DNA from: Guillardia theta CCMP2712
Taxonomy: Eukaryota; Protista; Cryptophyta
Reading direction: 5' to 3'
Assembly: GCF_000315625.1 (NCBI RefSeq)
Contig: NW_005434654.1
Location: forward strand, 870,523-934,522
Length of the DNA: 64,000 nt
In this document: positions 50,100 through 61,483 of the stretch, one piece after another
Numbering within the stretch: position 1 is the first letter of the stretch
Layout: each line of letters begins with the position of its first letter
Translations under genes and position numbers: made by a program
The notes under the pieces: model-generated
What the model was told of the DNA's origin: nothing
The model's input: only the letters and a program-made list of their open reading frames with translations
Databases searched by the model: none

Positions 50100-53000
50100 A
50101 TGAACAAAACACAAGATGAGGAGCTGAGCGAAAGTAGCGCCAGTGATGAGGAGTCGCAGGATGAAGAACCTGGTCGTGATCGTGGAAACCGTCTTGCTGA
50201 CATAACGGGAGAAGATTTCAATTTTACTTGGTCCTCAGATCATGTTTTGTTGTGCGCACTCATCTCATTTTACGGCAAGTGCTCGCTTCACCCTGCAGAG
50301 CCTGAGAGTTGGATTCGATCGACACCACTTCAAGTGCTCATCTTTGAATGCATATCGTCTGGGGTGCTTGATTTCGACTATGCTCCTGTTTTAACGTATG
50401 TGTCGCATCGAGGGACTAGTAAGCGGATATGGTTGAACCTGAGCCAGGAAGCTCAATCTGCGTTGGATGACTTGCAGGAGAACAATGTCATCCGCGTTCT
50501 GAAGATGTATACTGAGGACCATAAGCCCTCGAGCTGTTTTCAGGTTTCGCCCATAGGAATACGGATGCTCAAAAATGTTCCAGCATCGCTTTTTGATGAG
50601 CTTAAACATGTCGTCTACGTGCCTGATAAACAGAACAGCTTCAAAGACAAGTTACAAATTGAATGGAGAGCTGAAGTTGGCAAATTTGCACTTAATTCCT
50701 TGAAGACTGGATTTTCCAGATATTCTGCCATCACCGACATTGAAGATGTATCCTACGTCTCAAGTCCATTTATTCCCAATTATCTGAGACGAAGCAAAGA
50801 ACCCTTGACATCGAATCTGAATCGTGCCGTGGAAGCTTTCAGAGGCAAGACTAATATCATGGATGCAGACTTGATGGAAGCAATCAGCTTGGGAAACGTG
50901 CGCATCACTTTGCAAGAATGGATTCCTTTCGGAGAAAACTCCTTGACTTACATCTCAACCAACATTGGTGTTAAAGATAGATGCCAATTTGCTCGATTTA
51001 GCTCTCAGAAGCTTACAGATTTCACAGGGAATAACATGTCAACAGACACTGGTCTCACAGATGTGAAGATCCTGGATTTCTCTGAACAGAAATTCTTAAA
51101 CGTTGAGGCTGAAATCAAGTACCCTGAAGAAGAAGGGATCGTGCAAGTCGAGTTCTTCGGTATCCATGTGTCTGCACGAGGACACATTCTGTTTGGGTTG
51201 GAAATTGAATCGATCATGACACGGATGAAAGATGACATTTCCATTGATCTCTTGAGCAGAACCATTGTAGACATCATGCAAGATTCTTCCACAATCATTG
51301 AGAGCATCTTGACTGAGAATCAGAAGGACCTCCTGTTCTCACTCTTTCAACAAAGTCTTCACCTTCGGCCCAAGTACAACTGCTTCTTGGCACAAAAGAT
51401 AGACCCCCTCTTCCTCTCATTTTCTCAATACATGGACGGAGGAGACCATGAAAATGAAATCGCACAATTGATCGGCAGCGTACGCTCTGGGCATGACCTT
51501 GCCAAGCAACATTTTCTTTTCGTTGGCAGCACTGGAATTCTCCTTGTTGGGGAACAGGCCCACGAGTATGACTCGTTTCTTGTGCCTTACTGTAGTCTGC
51601 AATCCTTACAGCTCATAACAGGAGTATTGTTCGAATGCTTCAACCACTTGAATTCTCTTATCGACGAAGGCCTGAGGCTGCTGCAGGAGCTTGAATCCAA
51701 CCCTTATAATGTCGCGAGGATACAGTTTGTGATGACGCACTCGTTCAAGGAACTGCACAAGTTGGATCTCGTGCTTAAGCACATCTCAGATTCCATCAAG
51801 GAGGCCGCCATGCCACCAGAACCTCGCAATGACATCGGATACAAGTTGCTCGCAGTCTTGAAATGTCGCAAAACTCAGAGAATACTCAATGCTCGCCTAA
51901 TTGCTCTCAGGAATTCCTTCGAAGAGGCCATCAAGAAGATCCGTTTTATTGAAAGGAGGATAACATCAGTCAACCGAAATAGACTTGTCAAACACGTGAA
52001 GAGCTCTTCATCCAATTTTGAAAGGATCATAATCAACTCTGTGACATTCTTCAACAACGCCAATGTCATGTGGGCAGTGAAATTGTTATTCGTTGTCATA
52101 CTGTTTAGCAAACTTGCAAGCAAGTTTCGAATTGGGTCATCGTATTGCAAGGTTGTGCCAATGGCGAAAAATTTCACAAACCTTGTGGCAGGATCAGTGC
52201 AGTACACCTTCATCGACCCTCCTAACCAGACGTACTCGGAGGACTGTCCCTGGATCAATCCCGTCCAGTTGAAGCTGAATGAATATCCTTTCGGCTTCGG
52301 GGCAGCCTTTGTGATAGCGTCCCTGCTTGTGGCCTTGACGGTGAATTCAATAAGTTTCCACTATTTCAAGTACTTCAAGAGAAGGTTTGCGAACGGGTTG
52401 AAGGGATGGAGGGTCGGATTTCAAGACGTCAAGGCAAGCAGGACAGCTTATCGAGTAGAAGCTAACGTGCCGATCAGTCAAGAGGCTCTAGTTCGATACC
52501 TCAAGGGCAAGGTGATGCTTAAAAGCTCTATGCGGCAAGTGGACCACCAGATAGAAGCAAAGAGCAACATGAAAGAGTATGAATGGCAAGAGAGCAGAAG
52601 GTTCATCTTCAAGCAAAAGACCATCGACGTCTTGTTTCGACTGGATACAACCTTGTCAAAACTCATGACAGTGATGATCACGTGCGACAAGAGAGTGGGT
52701 TACGGGTACATCGAGAAGCAGTGGAACCAGCTGAGAAAGACGATGATCGCACGAGGAGTGCTGATAGACTCCGATGACATCCGATCAGCTCGTCTCACAT
52801 CGACCACTAGGGATAAGACGATCAAGAGCATGGGAAACACGCAGGGAAGGCAGGTAGCAAGGAAGTGGAAGAAGGAAAAAGCCGAAGATAACGCCAAGAA
52901 AAGAAGACAAAGGAAGTCAAGAGCTGAAACTCGAGCGATCAGAGATCGGATAGTCCGTAGGTTGGATGAAAACTCAAAGTCGTCAATCAGGGAAATCCAA

Positions 53001-53168
53001 TCAATAGCTGCAGAAGAGGTTGTCTTGGAGCCCAAGGAGATGAACATTGAGGAAATGAAGCTCAAGAATGTCAAGTTTGACTTCATGGAAGGTCAATCAC
53101 ATTCTTTTCCTCTCGACGAGGCGATCGAGATCGAGAGCGAGGATGAGAGCGAGGAAGACAAGCAGTAA
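50100..53168 (+). CDS. Intronless 1022-aa uncharacterised membrane protein: N-terminal winged-helix-like region, helical bundle, two TM segments, charged tail
   Basis: Single 3069-nt ORF. Hydrophobic segments VMWAVKLLFVVILFS and FGFGAAFVIASLLVALTV. Motifs DFDYAP..WLNLSQE..DDL and IEDVSYVSSPFIP. Confidence 0.8.
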   Translation: MNKTQDEELSESSASDEESQDEEPGRDRGNRLADITGEDFNFTWSSDHVLLCALISFYGKCSLHPAEPESWIRSTPLQVLIFECISSGVLDFDYAPVLTYVSHRGTSKRIWLNLSQEAQSALDDLQENNVIRVLKMYTEDHKPSSCFQVSPIGIRMLKNVPASLFDELKHVVYVPDKQNSFKDKLQIEWRAEVGKFALNSLKTGFSRYSAITDIEDVSYVSSPFIPNYLRRSKEPLTSNLNRAVEAFRGKTNIMDADLMEAISLGNVRITLQEWIPFGENSLTYISTNIGVKDRCQFARFSSQKLTDFTGNNMSTDTGLTDVKILDFSEQKFLNVEAEIKYPEEEGIVQVEFFGIHVSARGHILFGLEIESIMTRMKDDISIDLLSRTIVDIMQDSSTIIESILTENQKDLLFSLFQQSLHLRPKYNCFLAQKIDPLFLSFSQYMDGGDHENEIAQLIGSVRSGHDLAKQHFLFVGSTGILLVGEQAHEYDSFLVPYCSLQSLQLITGVLFECFNHLNSLIDEGLRLLQELESNPYNVARIQFVMTHSFKELHKLDLVLKHISDSIKEAAMPPEPRNDIGYKLLAVLKCRKTQRILNARLIALRNSFEEAIKKIRFIERRITSVNRNRLVKHVKSSSSNFERIIINSVTFFNNANVMWAVKLLFVVILFSKLASKFRIGSSYCKVVPMAKNFTNLVAGSVQYTFIDPPNQTYSEDCPWINPVQLKLNEYPFGFGAAFVIASLLVALTVNSISFHYFKYFKRRFANGLKGWRVGFQDVKASRTAYRVEANVPISQEALVRYLKGKVMLKSSMRQVDHQIEAKSNMKEYEWQESRRFIFKQKTIDVLFRLDTTLSKLMTVMITCDKRVGYGYIEKQWNQLRKTMIARGVLIDSDDIRSARLTSTTRDKTIKSMGNTQGRQVARKWKKEKAEDNAKKRRQRKSRAETRAIRDRIVRRLDENSKSSIREIQSIAAEEVVLEPKEMNIEEMKLKNVKFDFMEGQSHSFPLDEAIEIESEDESEEDKQ

Positions 53169-53359
53169 GCATGACTGCTACCAATTAAACCTGTTGTACA
53201 CTTGTTTGTGCCCCTCTTTTCTTTCGTCGCCACTCATCTCTGTCATGGCAATCATGCCATGCTCTGTAATGACATGGTGAGCATCGGCTCGCCTCTTCTG
53301 CTCTCAAATGCTTTCCCTCTCGTCTTGTCGTTACCCAGTCCAACTGGGTCCTGATGCCC

Positions 53360-53427
53360 TCCCACCCTCCCTCCCTCCCTCCCTCCCTCCCTCCCTCCCT
53401 CCCTCCCTCCCTCTATCCATCCATCCA
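53360..53427. repeat. (CCCT)n/(CCAT)n microsatellite
   Basis: Seen directly in the sequence. Confidence 0.85.
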
Positions 53428-55172
53428 TGCTGTTGCGCACTATCCTCCACTTGTCAGTCCCAGGCTTGCTCAGTCAGTTCCCTGCATGTCTGGATCTTCC
53501 CCGCGGCTTGCCGCGTGACTGCTCACAGCCGGTAGTGCGGTCACGTTCAGCTCAGCCCGGCCGCTCCGCCGCTCCCGAGTCCGCCGATCATGCGGCAGTG
53601 ACGGTTGATGAAGGCTGCCATGATGCCATTCCGACAAGTCTGCCGGGAGCCTGGGCTCAGCTGCCGCCATGACTCCCAGATGGGCAGCGGCACGATCGGA
53701 TGATTCGCCGACAAGTTCATCGGCGACTCTGAGATTGCGGCCGCTGATCGTACCGTCAGGCCGCTGTACGGTCAGTGTCACAAGGCTCAGTGTGAATCGT
53801 CCCGGAGTCACGGGCCGATCCGACCTCAGCCGCCGGCCGGTCACTGTCAGGCTGGAGTCCCGGCGCCGGCGGCCGCCGAAGTACTGGCAATTTTCCATCA
53901 GCAACTTCAAGTTGCCAGTCGGCGGGGGCCGCCGCCGGGCCCGATCGTCGGACGGTGACCGCCGTTCATTGGCGGCGGGGCCATGTGACAGTGCCCGGTG
54001 ACCGGCGTTACCGCCGCCGCGGCAACGTAGCCTTGAAGTTCTGAGTACGTGAGCCTGCGAAGAGGAGGCCTTCCTAGCCCGGGCCGTCACTCATCCTAGC
54101 AAACTCGGAGTCCTGAGCAAACTTGAACTGTCTGTCTTGTTGCAGCTAAGACGGTCGATAAGATCACGGTACGGCCTGCATTACTTTGGCATCAGAGAAC
54201 AAGCCTTCAGTGAACGCGGCCGGGTAAAACTTCCGAAGTTCGGATCAGCGGATCTTCTCGGAAACGTGACCGTCGTGACTATGACTCGCCCCGGTGGCAA
54301 ACCAGGCTCCTGTGAGTCGGAGGCTCAGTCACTGTGACGGGCCGGGCCGGGCGCCGCCGGCCGCGGCCCGTTTTGCTGGACCTCATCCTTCCTAAGGCCA
54401 CTACTACCCAACCGTCTGCTATTGGCCGAGTTGGAGTTCCGACCTACCCCACCCACTGAGGGCCTTCCACCCCTACTCTTGTCTGATTCCTTTAGTCTAC
54501 CACCCCCACCCTACTGGAAAAGACGTTGTCCACCTTACACGCCTCAATGCTAAGCTCAGTTGGCGATGTAGTCTGAAATTGTTTGATAGAAATCCTTGAA
54601 ATTATCAAATTAAAGAAGTATTTTACAAACACAAGTTTCAATTTCATTACTGCTACGCCAACTTCTTCGAATGGAAGAATCAAAATTTAAAACTCAACGC
54701 CATTCTCTTCCACCCCCACCACCTCAAATTACGTATACCCACCCCACCCTGATCCCTTTGTCTCCTCCTCATTTGGTTGCCGTACCCCACTCTCGTATCA
54801 TTGTTGGACCACTACCCCCTGTCTTCCCACCCTTTCAACAATACACCCTGTAATCTAGCTTCTTTTGGTACAAATATGTACCCCCCTACCCCAACATTAT
54901 CCAAACTGTTCAATGCTACCCCTATATTTTCATCGTTGGTCTGATTGATGACCCGTATTAAGTACCCCACCCATATTTTACCAAAACTTACCCATGCAAA
55001 CAACCCCTGCCCTACCCCTAACGGACCATATGACCCCACCCTACCATTTCACTCACAACTACCCAACCCTCTCTAGTCGGGCATACTGCCTGCTTCCTGC
55101 TCCTGCTCCTCCTGCTCCTCCTACTCCTCCAGCAACCACTTCCCACGTTCACAGGTTCCTCTAGGCTCTTGC

Positions 55173-57914
55173 AGGCGATCCTTGAGGACGAGAGGGTGAG
55201 GAGCTGCGTTGAGTTCTCAGTCTCATCGCTCTTCATCCTTGGCTGTCGAGGGACGTGCCTCGAAGCCAGCTGTCTTTGAAACTGGTCTCACGCAAGAACG
55301 GCCCTTCGAGTCCAGTTCGGAGCTGTACAAGGGCAAACACCTCTGCATCTCCTCATCAGGCAACAGGCAAGAGACAGACACCCACAAAGAAACCTTGTGC
55401 ATCCAAAGTTGAGGAGTACAGGTCCCCTGTTAGATTCACTCCCAAGAGTCCTGGTTCGGTAACTCGTGGAAGCGCTCGAGCACACCCGACAAGCAAATCG
55501 AGACAGCAGCACATCCAAGAGAACTCAAACAAAGTTCCTCGAAGCCTACTCAAGCGACCTCATACTTTCGTTGAAACACCTACCAAACAAGACAAGTTGA
55601 CGATGCCATCTATCAGGACAGGTGTAAGATTCTTGTTTTCCGTTTCCTTGGAGGTGACAGGACTATATACGTGCAGGGACTAGGCCGACATCTGCTCGCA
55701 CAGCAGCATCAAACCTTGATAGATCTCTCAGTTCCAGCCTCCGATCCATCTCGAAAGAAAGCAGCTCCGAGTCTATCGGCGCAAGAATCTCTCGGAGGAA
55801 ATCTGCTGGTAGTGAAGATGTGCAGAAGATTCGCTGAACCTTGATTTGACTTCCTTGCTAGCTGTACAGCCATCGCCAGCCACCAAAAGGACGAATGGTG
55901 TAAGCAGAAGATCAAGTGTAGCAGGTATCCCCCCGACCTGCCAGCTATGAGTGAGGGTAATGTTGGCTGTGAAGGAAACGCACCGGCCAAGGATCGTGTG
56001 ACATGCATCGTCCGGAAGAGGCCAGCAAAAGATGGTGAAATGCTTGTGAAAGCTTGTCTGCAGCTGTGTGACCAACCGACCAGGGGAAGTCGATGTTGTT
56101 TGTGTTGTGGATGATTGCATCGTCCAAGTGGCTGAACCGAAACAAAAGGTCACGAGCAGCAGATGTTGATGGGGCTTACCCTCCGATCAGGTCGATCTCA
56201 CCAAATACACAGAAAACCACAAGTTCAGGTAAAAATCAGCTTGCGTGCGAGTTTTTCTTTAATATTGATGTTTAATGTTTGCAGTTTCGACCATGCATTC
56301 GACGAACAATCCGACAATTTCACTCTCTACAACACGACTACCAAACCTCTTGTGAACTTCGTGATGGAAGGAGGTCTTGGAACTTGCTTTGCCTTTGGAC
56401 AGGTTGGAATATATTTCCTTCTGCTCTAAGAGCTTGACGTGACGCACGTGATCAGACGGGCAGTGGGAAAACTTTCACCATGCTCGGAGCTCCAGAGGTA
56501 CTGCAGGCGCAGAAAATGTAGCATGTACTGACATCTCCTCGGCTTGCAGGTGGGACAACCTGGTTTGTACCTGCTGGCAGCAGACGACATCTTCCGCATG
56601 TGCGACGGACACGCGCTGAACATCAACGTGTACGTCAGCATGATGGAAATCTACGGGGACGAAGTTTACGACCTGCTCTCGGCGGAGAAGAAGCGCCTGG
56701 TCCCGCGCGAGGATGCCAAGAAGAAAGTTCAGATCGTGGGACTTACTGAGATCCCCGTTGAGAGCCCCCAGGACCTGATGCAGGCCATCGCAGAGGGCAG
56801 CCAGCTGCGGTCCACCAGCGTGACCGGGATGAACGAGCAGTCGTCGCGCTCGCATGCGATCCTTCAGATGTCGCTGAGGACTGACAGAGGGAAGTTGCAC
56901 GGGCAGCTCTCCTTCATCGACCTTGCAGGCAGCGAGAAAGGGAGCGACACGGCGGAGAACGAAAAGAAGACCCGCATGGAGGGAGCTGAGATCAACAAGA
57001 GCTTGCTCGCGCTCAAGGAGTGCATTCGCTCCATGACAGACTCTGCTGGTTACACTCCGTTCCGTAGCAGCAAGCTCACGCAGGTTCTCAAGGAGTCGTT
57101 TGTGGGCAACGGGAGGACGGTGATGATCGCCAACATCTCGCCTGCCGCCTCCTCCTCCATGGAGACAGTGAACACTCTCCGCTATGCCGACCGAGTGAAG
57201 GCCATCGGCAAGGGAAGCTCGAGCACTTCCAAGTCCTCTGCCGCCTCCAGCTCAGTCCAGACTCCTCGGGGGAGCGTCAGCCAGGTGAGGGAGGGAGGGT
57301 GCAAGGACGCATCGTGCCTGACAGCCCGCCAGATACAGCTGAAGCGCGAGGATTCGCAGACGAGCAAGCTGCGATCCACCTCGAAGAAAGGATCCTCCTA
57401 CCTGGACATGTCGGTGGAGAAGGAGAACCTCGAGAATCGGATCTCCTGCGCCAACGACCTGTCGGGTCAGAGGAGGCGGCAGAGCCAGCTTACGCTGGGG
57501 AGGTACGAGAACATGGAAGTGCTGGACATGGAGGAAGAAGAGCCCGATCACAAGAGGAGAAGATCGCTGATGAAGAACAACAACGTGCTGCAGGCGGTTG
57601 GAGACATGGACGAATGTTCCTTCACTGACGAGCTCGACGACGACGGCTTCGTTTACCATGGTGAAACCCATGAAGCTCCCAAGGGCCAGAGCAAGCTCGA
57701 CCCGGTATCCTTCGTAAACAGCTTCAGGGAGCAGATCGAAAAGAGCATGGCACTGATAGAGCAAGAGGTTGTGATGCTTGACAAGCTGGAGAAAGGAGGG
57801 GAAAATCCTCTGACGTCGGACAACATCCAGGAGGTCAACCGTCTGCTCCGAGAGAGAATGTGCATTGCGACTCACTTGCAGAACGAGCTGCACAAACATG
57901 TGCAGGTGAAGTGA
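55173..57914 (+). CDS. Kinesin-13 family (internal-motor microtubule depolymerase); 5' exons approximate
   Basis: VRKRP, the K|VDLTKY kinesin-13 signature, CFAFGQ|TGSGKT P-loop, NEQSSRSH, FIDLAGSE, EGAEINKSLLALKECIR and PFRSSKLTQVL. Confidence 0.93.
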
Positions 57915-58199
57915 GAGGAGTGACGATGATCATTCCGAGCTGCTACCTGATACAAACTAACAAGCTTCACTTGAATGTTACGTTGAGCGTTGTCAACAAT
58001 CTGCTCAAACAAGTATGGGATGGAGGACACGAGGATCTTTAGGGGTTCTGTGATCTGCTTATGGGAAAATCACCTGACAACTTGCGTAAGTAAAAGTTAT
58101 TGTTTGACAAGGAGTCGTTGCAAATCGCTCTTTCCTCAACACGCAGTGCACTGCAGAGAAGCATCAAGGTTCAAGTCTATTCTTAATTTCAGTGCTCTA

Positions 58200-60919
58200 G
58201 GAAAAACTCCCGTGCCAACATCAGCCTCTACATGACAGCTCCTGGCTTGCCATACCCGTTGCCTGTAGCCTCTTCGTAGCCTCCTGCTATGGCGCATGAG
58301 GAGAGAAAGGAACGCCTCTCGTATGCACGGGAGCATTACGATACGGGAGCGAAGAATCAGCACCTTCAGCTAGCAGGCTTCTCTTAAACGCCGCGTAGTC
58401 TGTGCAAACAGCAAGTTAGTAGAGAGAGGAAGAGCAAGAAAGCCAAGAGCGCCTTCACCTTGGCCGAGCCTGCCGCTGAGATTCGTGAGCGATGATTCTA
58501 CTCCCTCCTTGAGAAGTGCCCGGCGGAAGGAAGCGTAGTCTGCAGCTAAGATGAGGAGGGAGGGAAACATCATGAATGACAACCTGTTCCATCGGGCAAG
58601 ACTTCCCCTGCTGCTCCGCTCTGATTCAGCAAGGAGTTGGAGAGGTTTGACTGCTGTACACTCATCACTTGGCTAAACAAGATTCTCGCATCGGATCATC
58701 ATTATCTCCATTATTACCACCACCACCATCACCACCACCGTCAGCATCTTCCTCATCATCAACAACCTTGAAGGCTGAAAGCTGCTTGCCAGGCGATCCT
58801 GTTGGTCCCTTCTTCTCATCAAAATCGATCACCTGCAATCTGAATGAGATTTTCACTCGGCCTGGGACTCCTGATTCACCTCTAGGATCCTTCTTTGTAA
58901 ATCAACAGTCAGCGTGCAGCCGAATCGAAGATCGGGCGAAGGGCCGTATTCGACCTTGCAACTCGTCACATCGAAACTCATACAACCGCCTAATACCTTG
59001 ACTGCATTCTGTTGAGACAGCATCTCCTCAATTCTTCGGCCATTGTCCTGGACGAATCCTCTCAGGTGAACGACTAAGTGAATGTCAAAGTCATACCAGC
59101 CAAGTAGTAGGATCATCGTCGGTCAGGGCTGTCAAAACAAGTTCAGTAAATTCTCTTCCATGGACGTTGATCGAACCGGCATGGGCCTGACGAGAAGCTG
59201 CTCGCATATTCTCCAGCACTGATAGGCATTGTTCCCTCTTCGAGACGAATGATCAACAACAGAGCTAAGATAGGACATTGTCCAGGCAGCACCTGTCGTT
59301 CGATGGTTGTGAGTTTTTCATGTTCTACTTCCTTGACCTGATCGGAACAATTCACGCAAATTCTTGCTCGAAGAGAGTCACAAACCAACCTTAGATAGGA
59401 GATACATTTCGCGATCGTCGATAACTTGCCTAAGCTGAGCCATGCGATCTTTGATGTCATCCTGCACAAGATGGATGAGATGCTTTATGTTGACATGGTT
59501 TGTGATTCCTGAAGAGTAGAGCTCTGTGAAATGATCGCCTCTTGTAATTCATGCAGAGATTGCAAATCTGTTTCAAGCTTCATCATTCATGAATCATCAG
59601 AACGTCTCCTCCTACAAGATTCTTCGCTCTGTTGCCTGCCCTCAAGCACAGTGAGCCTTTCCTGTTGGAATCGTCAGTACAAGTAGCCGAGCCAATGGTA
59701 GCTGACCTGCACTGTGCCCTGAAGTTGCTTCACTTCTTGCACGCATCTCAGGGCATCAGGCAAAACCTGAAGTACCGTGAGGAAACGTATCATTGCGCTC
59801 CTTAAAAAGTCACTTGCGACAAGTGCTCGAAGCGATCGGCTAGTTCCTTGAAGTTGAGCTTTCTCAAGTCCTCTTCGTTGAAACCCTTGACCCCTACAGG
59901 ACAGTTAGGAGGCCAGAAAATCACTGTCCAATCACAAAAAGAATATGTTCTCTTGTTATTACAACGTGTTCTCTCCCACAACAAGAGAACATGTCCACTC
60001 CCACAACAAGATAAATCGTGGTAAACAGCAGAAGAAGCTAGCGAAAGTTCATATTTACCTTGCGATCCGGACTTGCTCAAGGTCTGTCGGGCAAAGAAAG
60101 ATGATCACAAGATTGAATTCAACACCAAGAAACGCAAACAATAGAAATGATAATAATGAGATCGACTTACAGCTGCAACTCCGGTCAGGGGTCCACGAAG
60201 CTCATTCAATAGCGCTGTAAAGGCCGCTGTGTCCGTTGAATTCTTCAAACAACCAGTCAAAGATGAAAGGAAGCAGAAAGCTGATATCAGTCAGATGATT
60301 TCTGGATAATCATATCTTTGAAAAGAGAAGCATGGTGACATGGAAAAGACAACATTTACAGATATTTTTCTAGCGCCAATTCTTGTACCCTAGGATCAAG
60401 CTGGACATCCGCAGCATTTGCAACACAAACACAAACTTGGCGAAAGGAGAAACACATAAGGCAACTTGAGAGACGATGCACATTGATGAAAAAGAAATGC
60501 TCGTTAGAAAGATTCTGATGAGACAAATAGATCTTTTCCGAACATATGGGTGACATATAGGACAAAAGCCTTAGTGCCCGACACGGGGTGAAAAGCAGTT
60601 GTCCCAGACGCACATGGCAGGTTGAAATCAAGCACAGGAGCAGAGACGATGGAAGAAAGAAGACATGAAGAAGAAGACAGGGATGGAAATAAGGAACACT
60701 TGCTGACAAGGGCGACATCGACCCTGCCATCGCACCAATACAGGACATTCTTATCAGGTGGCAAGGGGGCATAGGAGGACAGATCATGCAGAGTGGAAGA
60801 TACGAGGGAGGAATCGGAGAGGAGAGGAGCATAAGAGAGGCTGGACACGAGCATGTCGGCAGTGCGGCGGCGCAACATTTCCACTTGTCCATTTCAGCAT
60901 TTCGAACCTTCGCCGCCAT
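58200..60919 (-). CDS. Intron-rich hypothetical protein; 3' end approximate
   Basis: ATG 60919 followed by many short coding-like exons with GT-AG boundaries. No recognised domain. Confidence 0.4.
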
Positions 60920-61483
60920 GTTGAGGAGGGCGCCAGAGGGAATGGCAGCTAAACAGGGGGGTACTTTGAATTGGGTGGGGGTGTTAGAAGTACCGGTACT
61001 TTGATGGGATAGGACCCCCCTATTCTGATTCCATGGGTAGGGAGACCGTCTGTCGATATCGGACCCTCTAAGCAATCCTAGGACCTTAGGGCCTAGGAGT
61101 AAGATGCAGCACCGAATTCGTGTAATGAGGGTGGGTAGTAAATGGGAGATGGCGGGGTAGGGGCCGATGTGGTAGGAACTTCAAATGCCCGTTACATTAA
61201 AACCGTTTTCATCCGTTGATCTTGAACCGGCCGTTTCGAGGCCCACTGCACTGCCATGTACGGTCCGATCATTCGGCGGCCCGCCGCGCCCTCCGACACG
61301 CGCTCCCGGGCCCGGGCCGGATGCTCTGAGCCTAGTGAGTCACGGAGCCTCTCCGGGCCGCGCAGTGCCTTCAAGACTTTACTCAAAGTTAAGTTAAAAA
61401 TCATGCCTTCAAGAGTCGGATGACCATGCCTGGAGCCTTGGAGTGTCTTCGGAAGTTCTTAGAGTGTCACGGTTGCGGGCACG

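Noticed and set aside
59800-59900. KELADRFEHL as an RNase III signature in the 58200-60919 gene
   Set aside because: A single short partial match. I found no ERLEFLGD-like motif.
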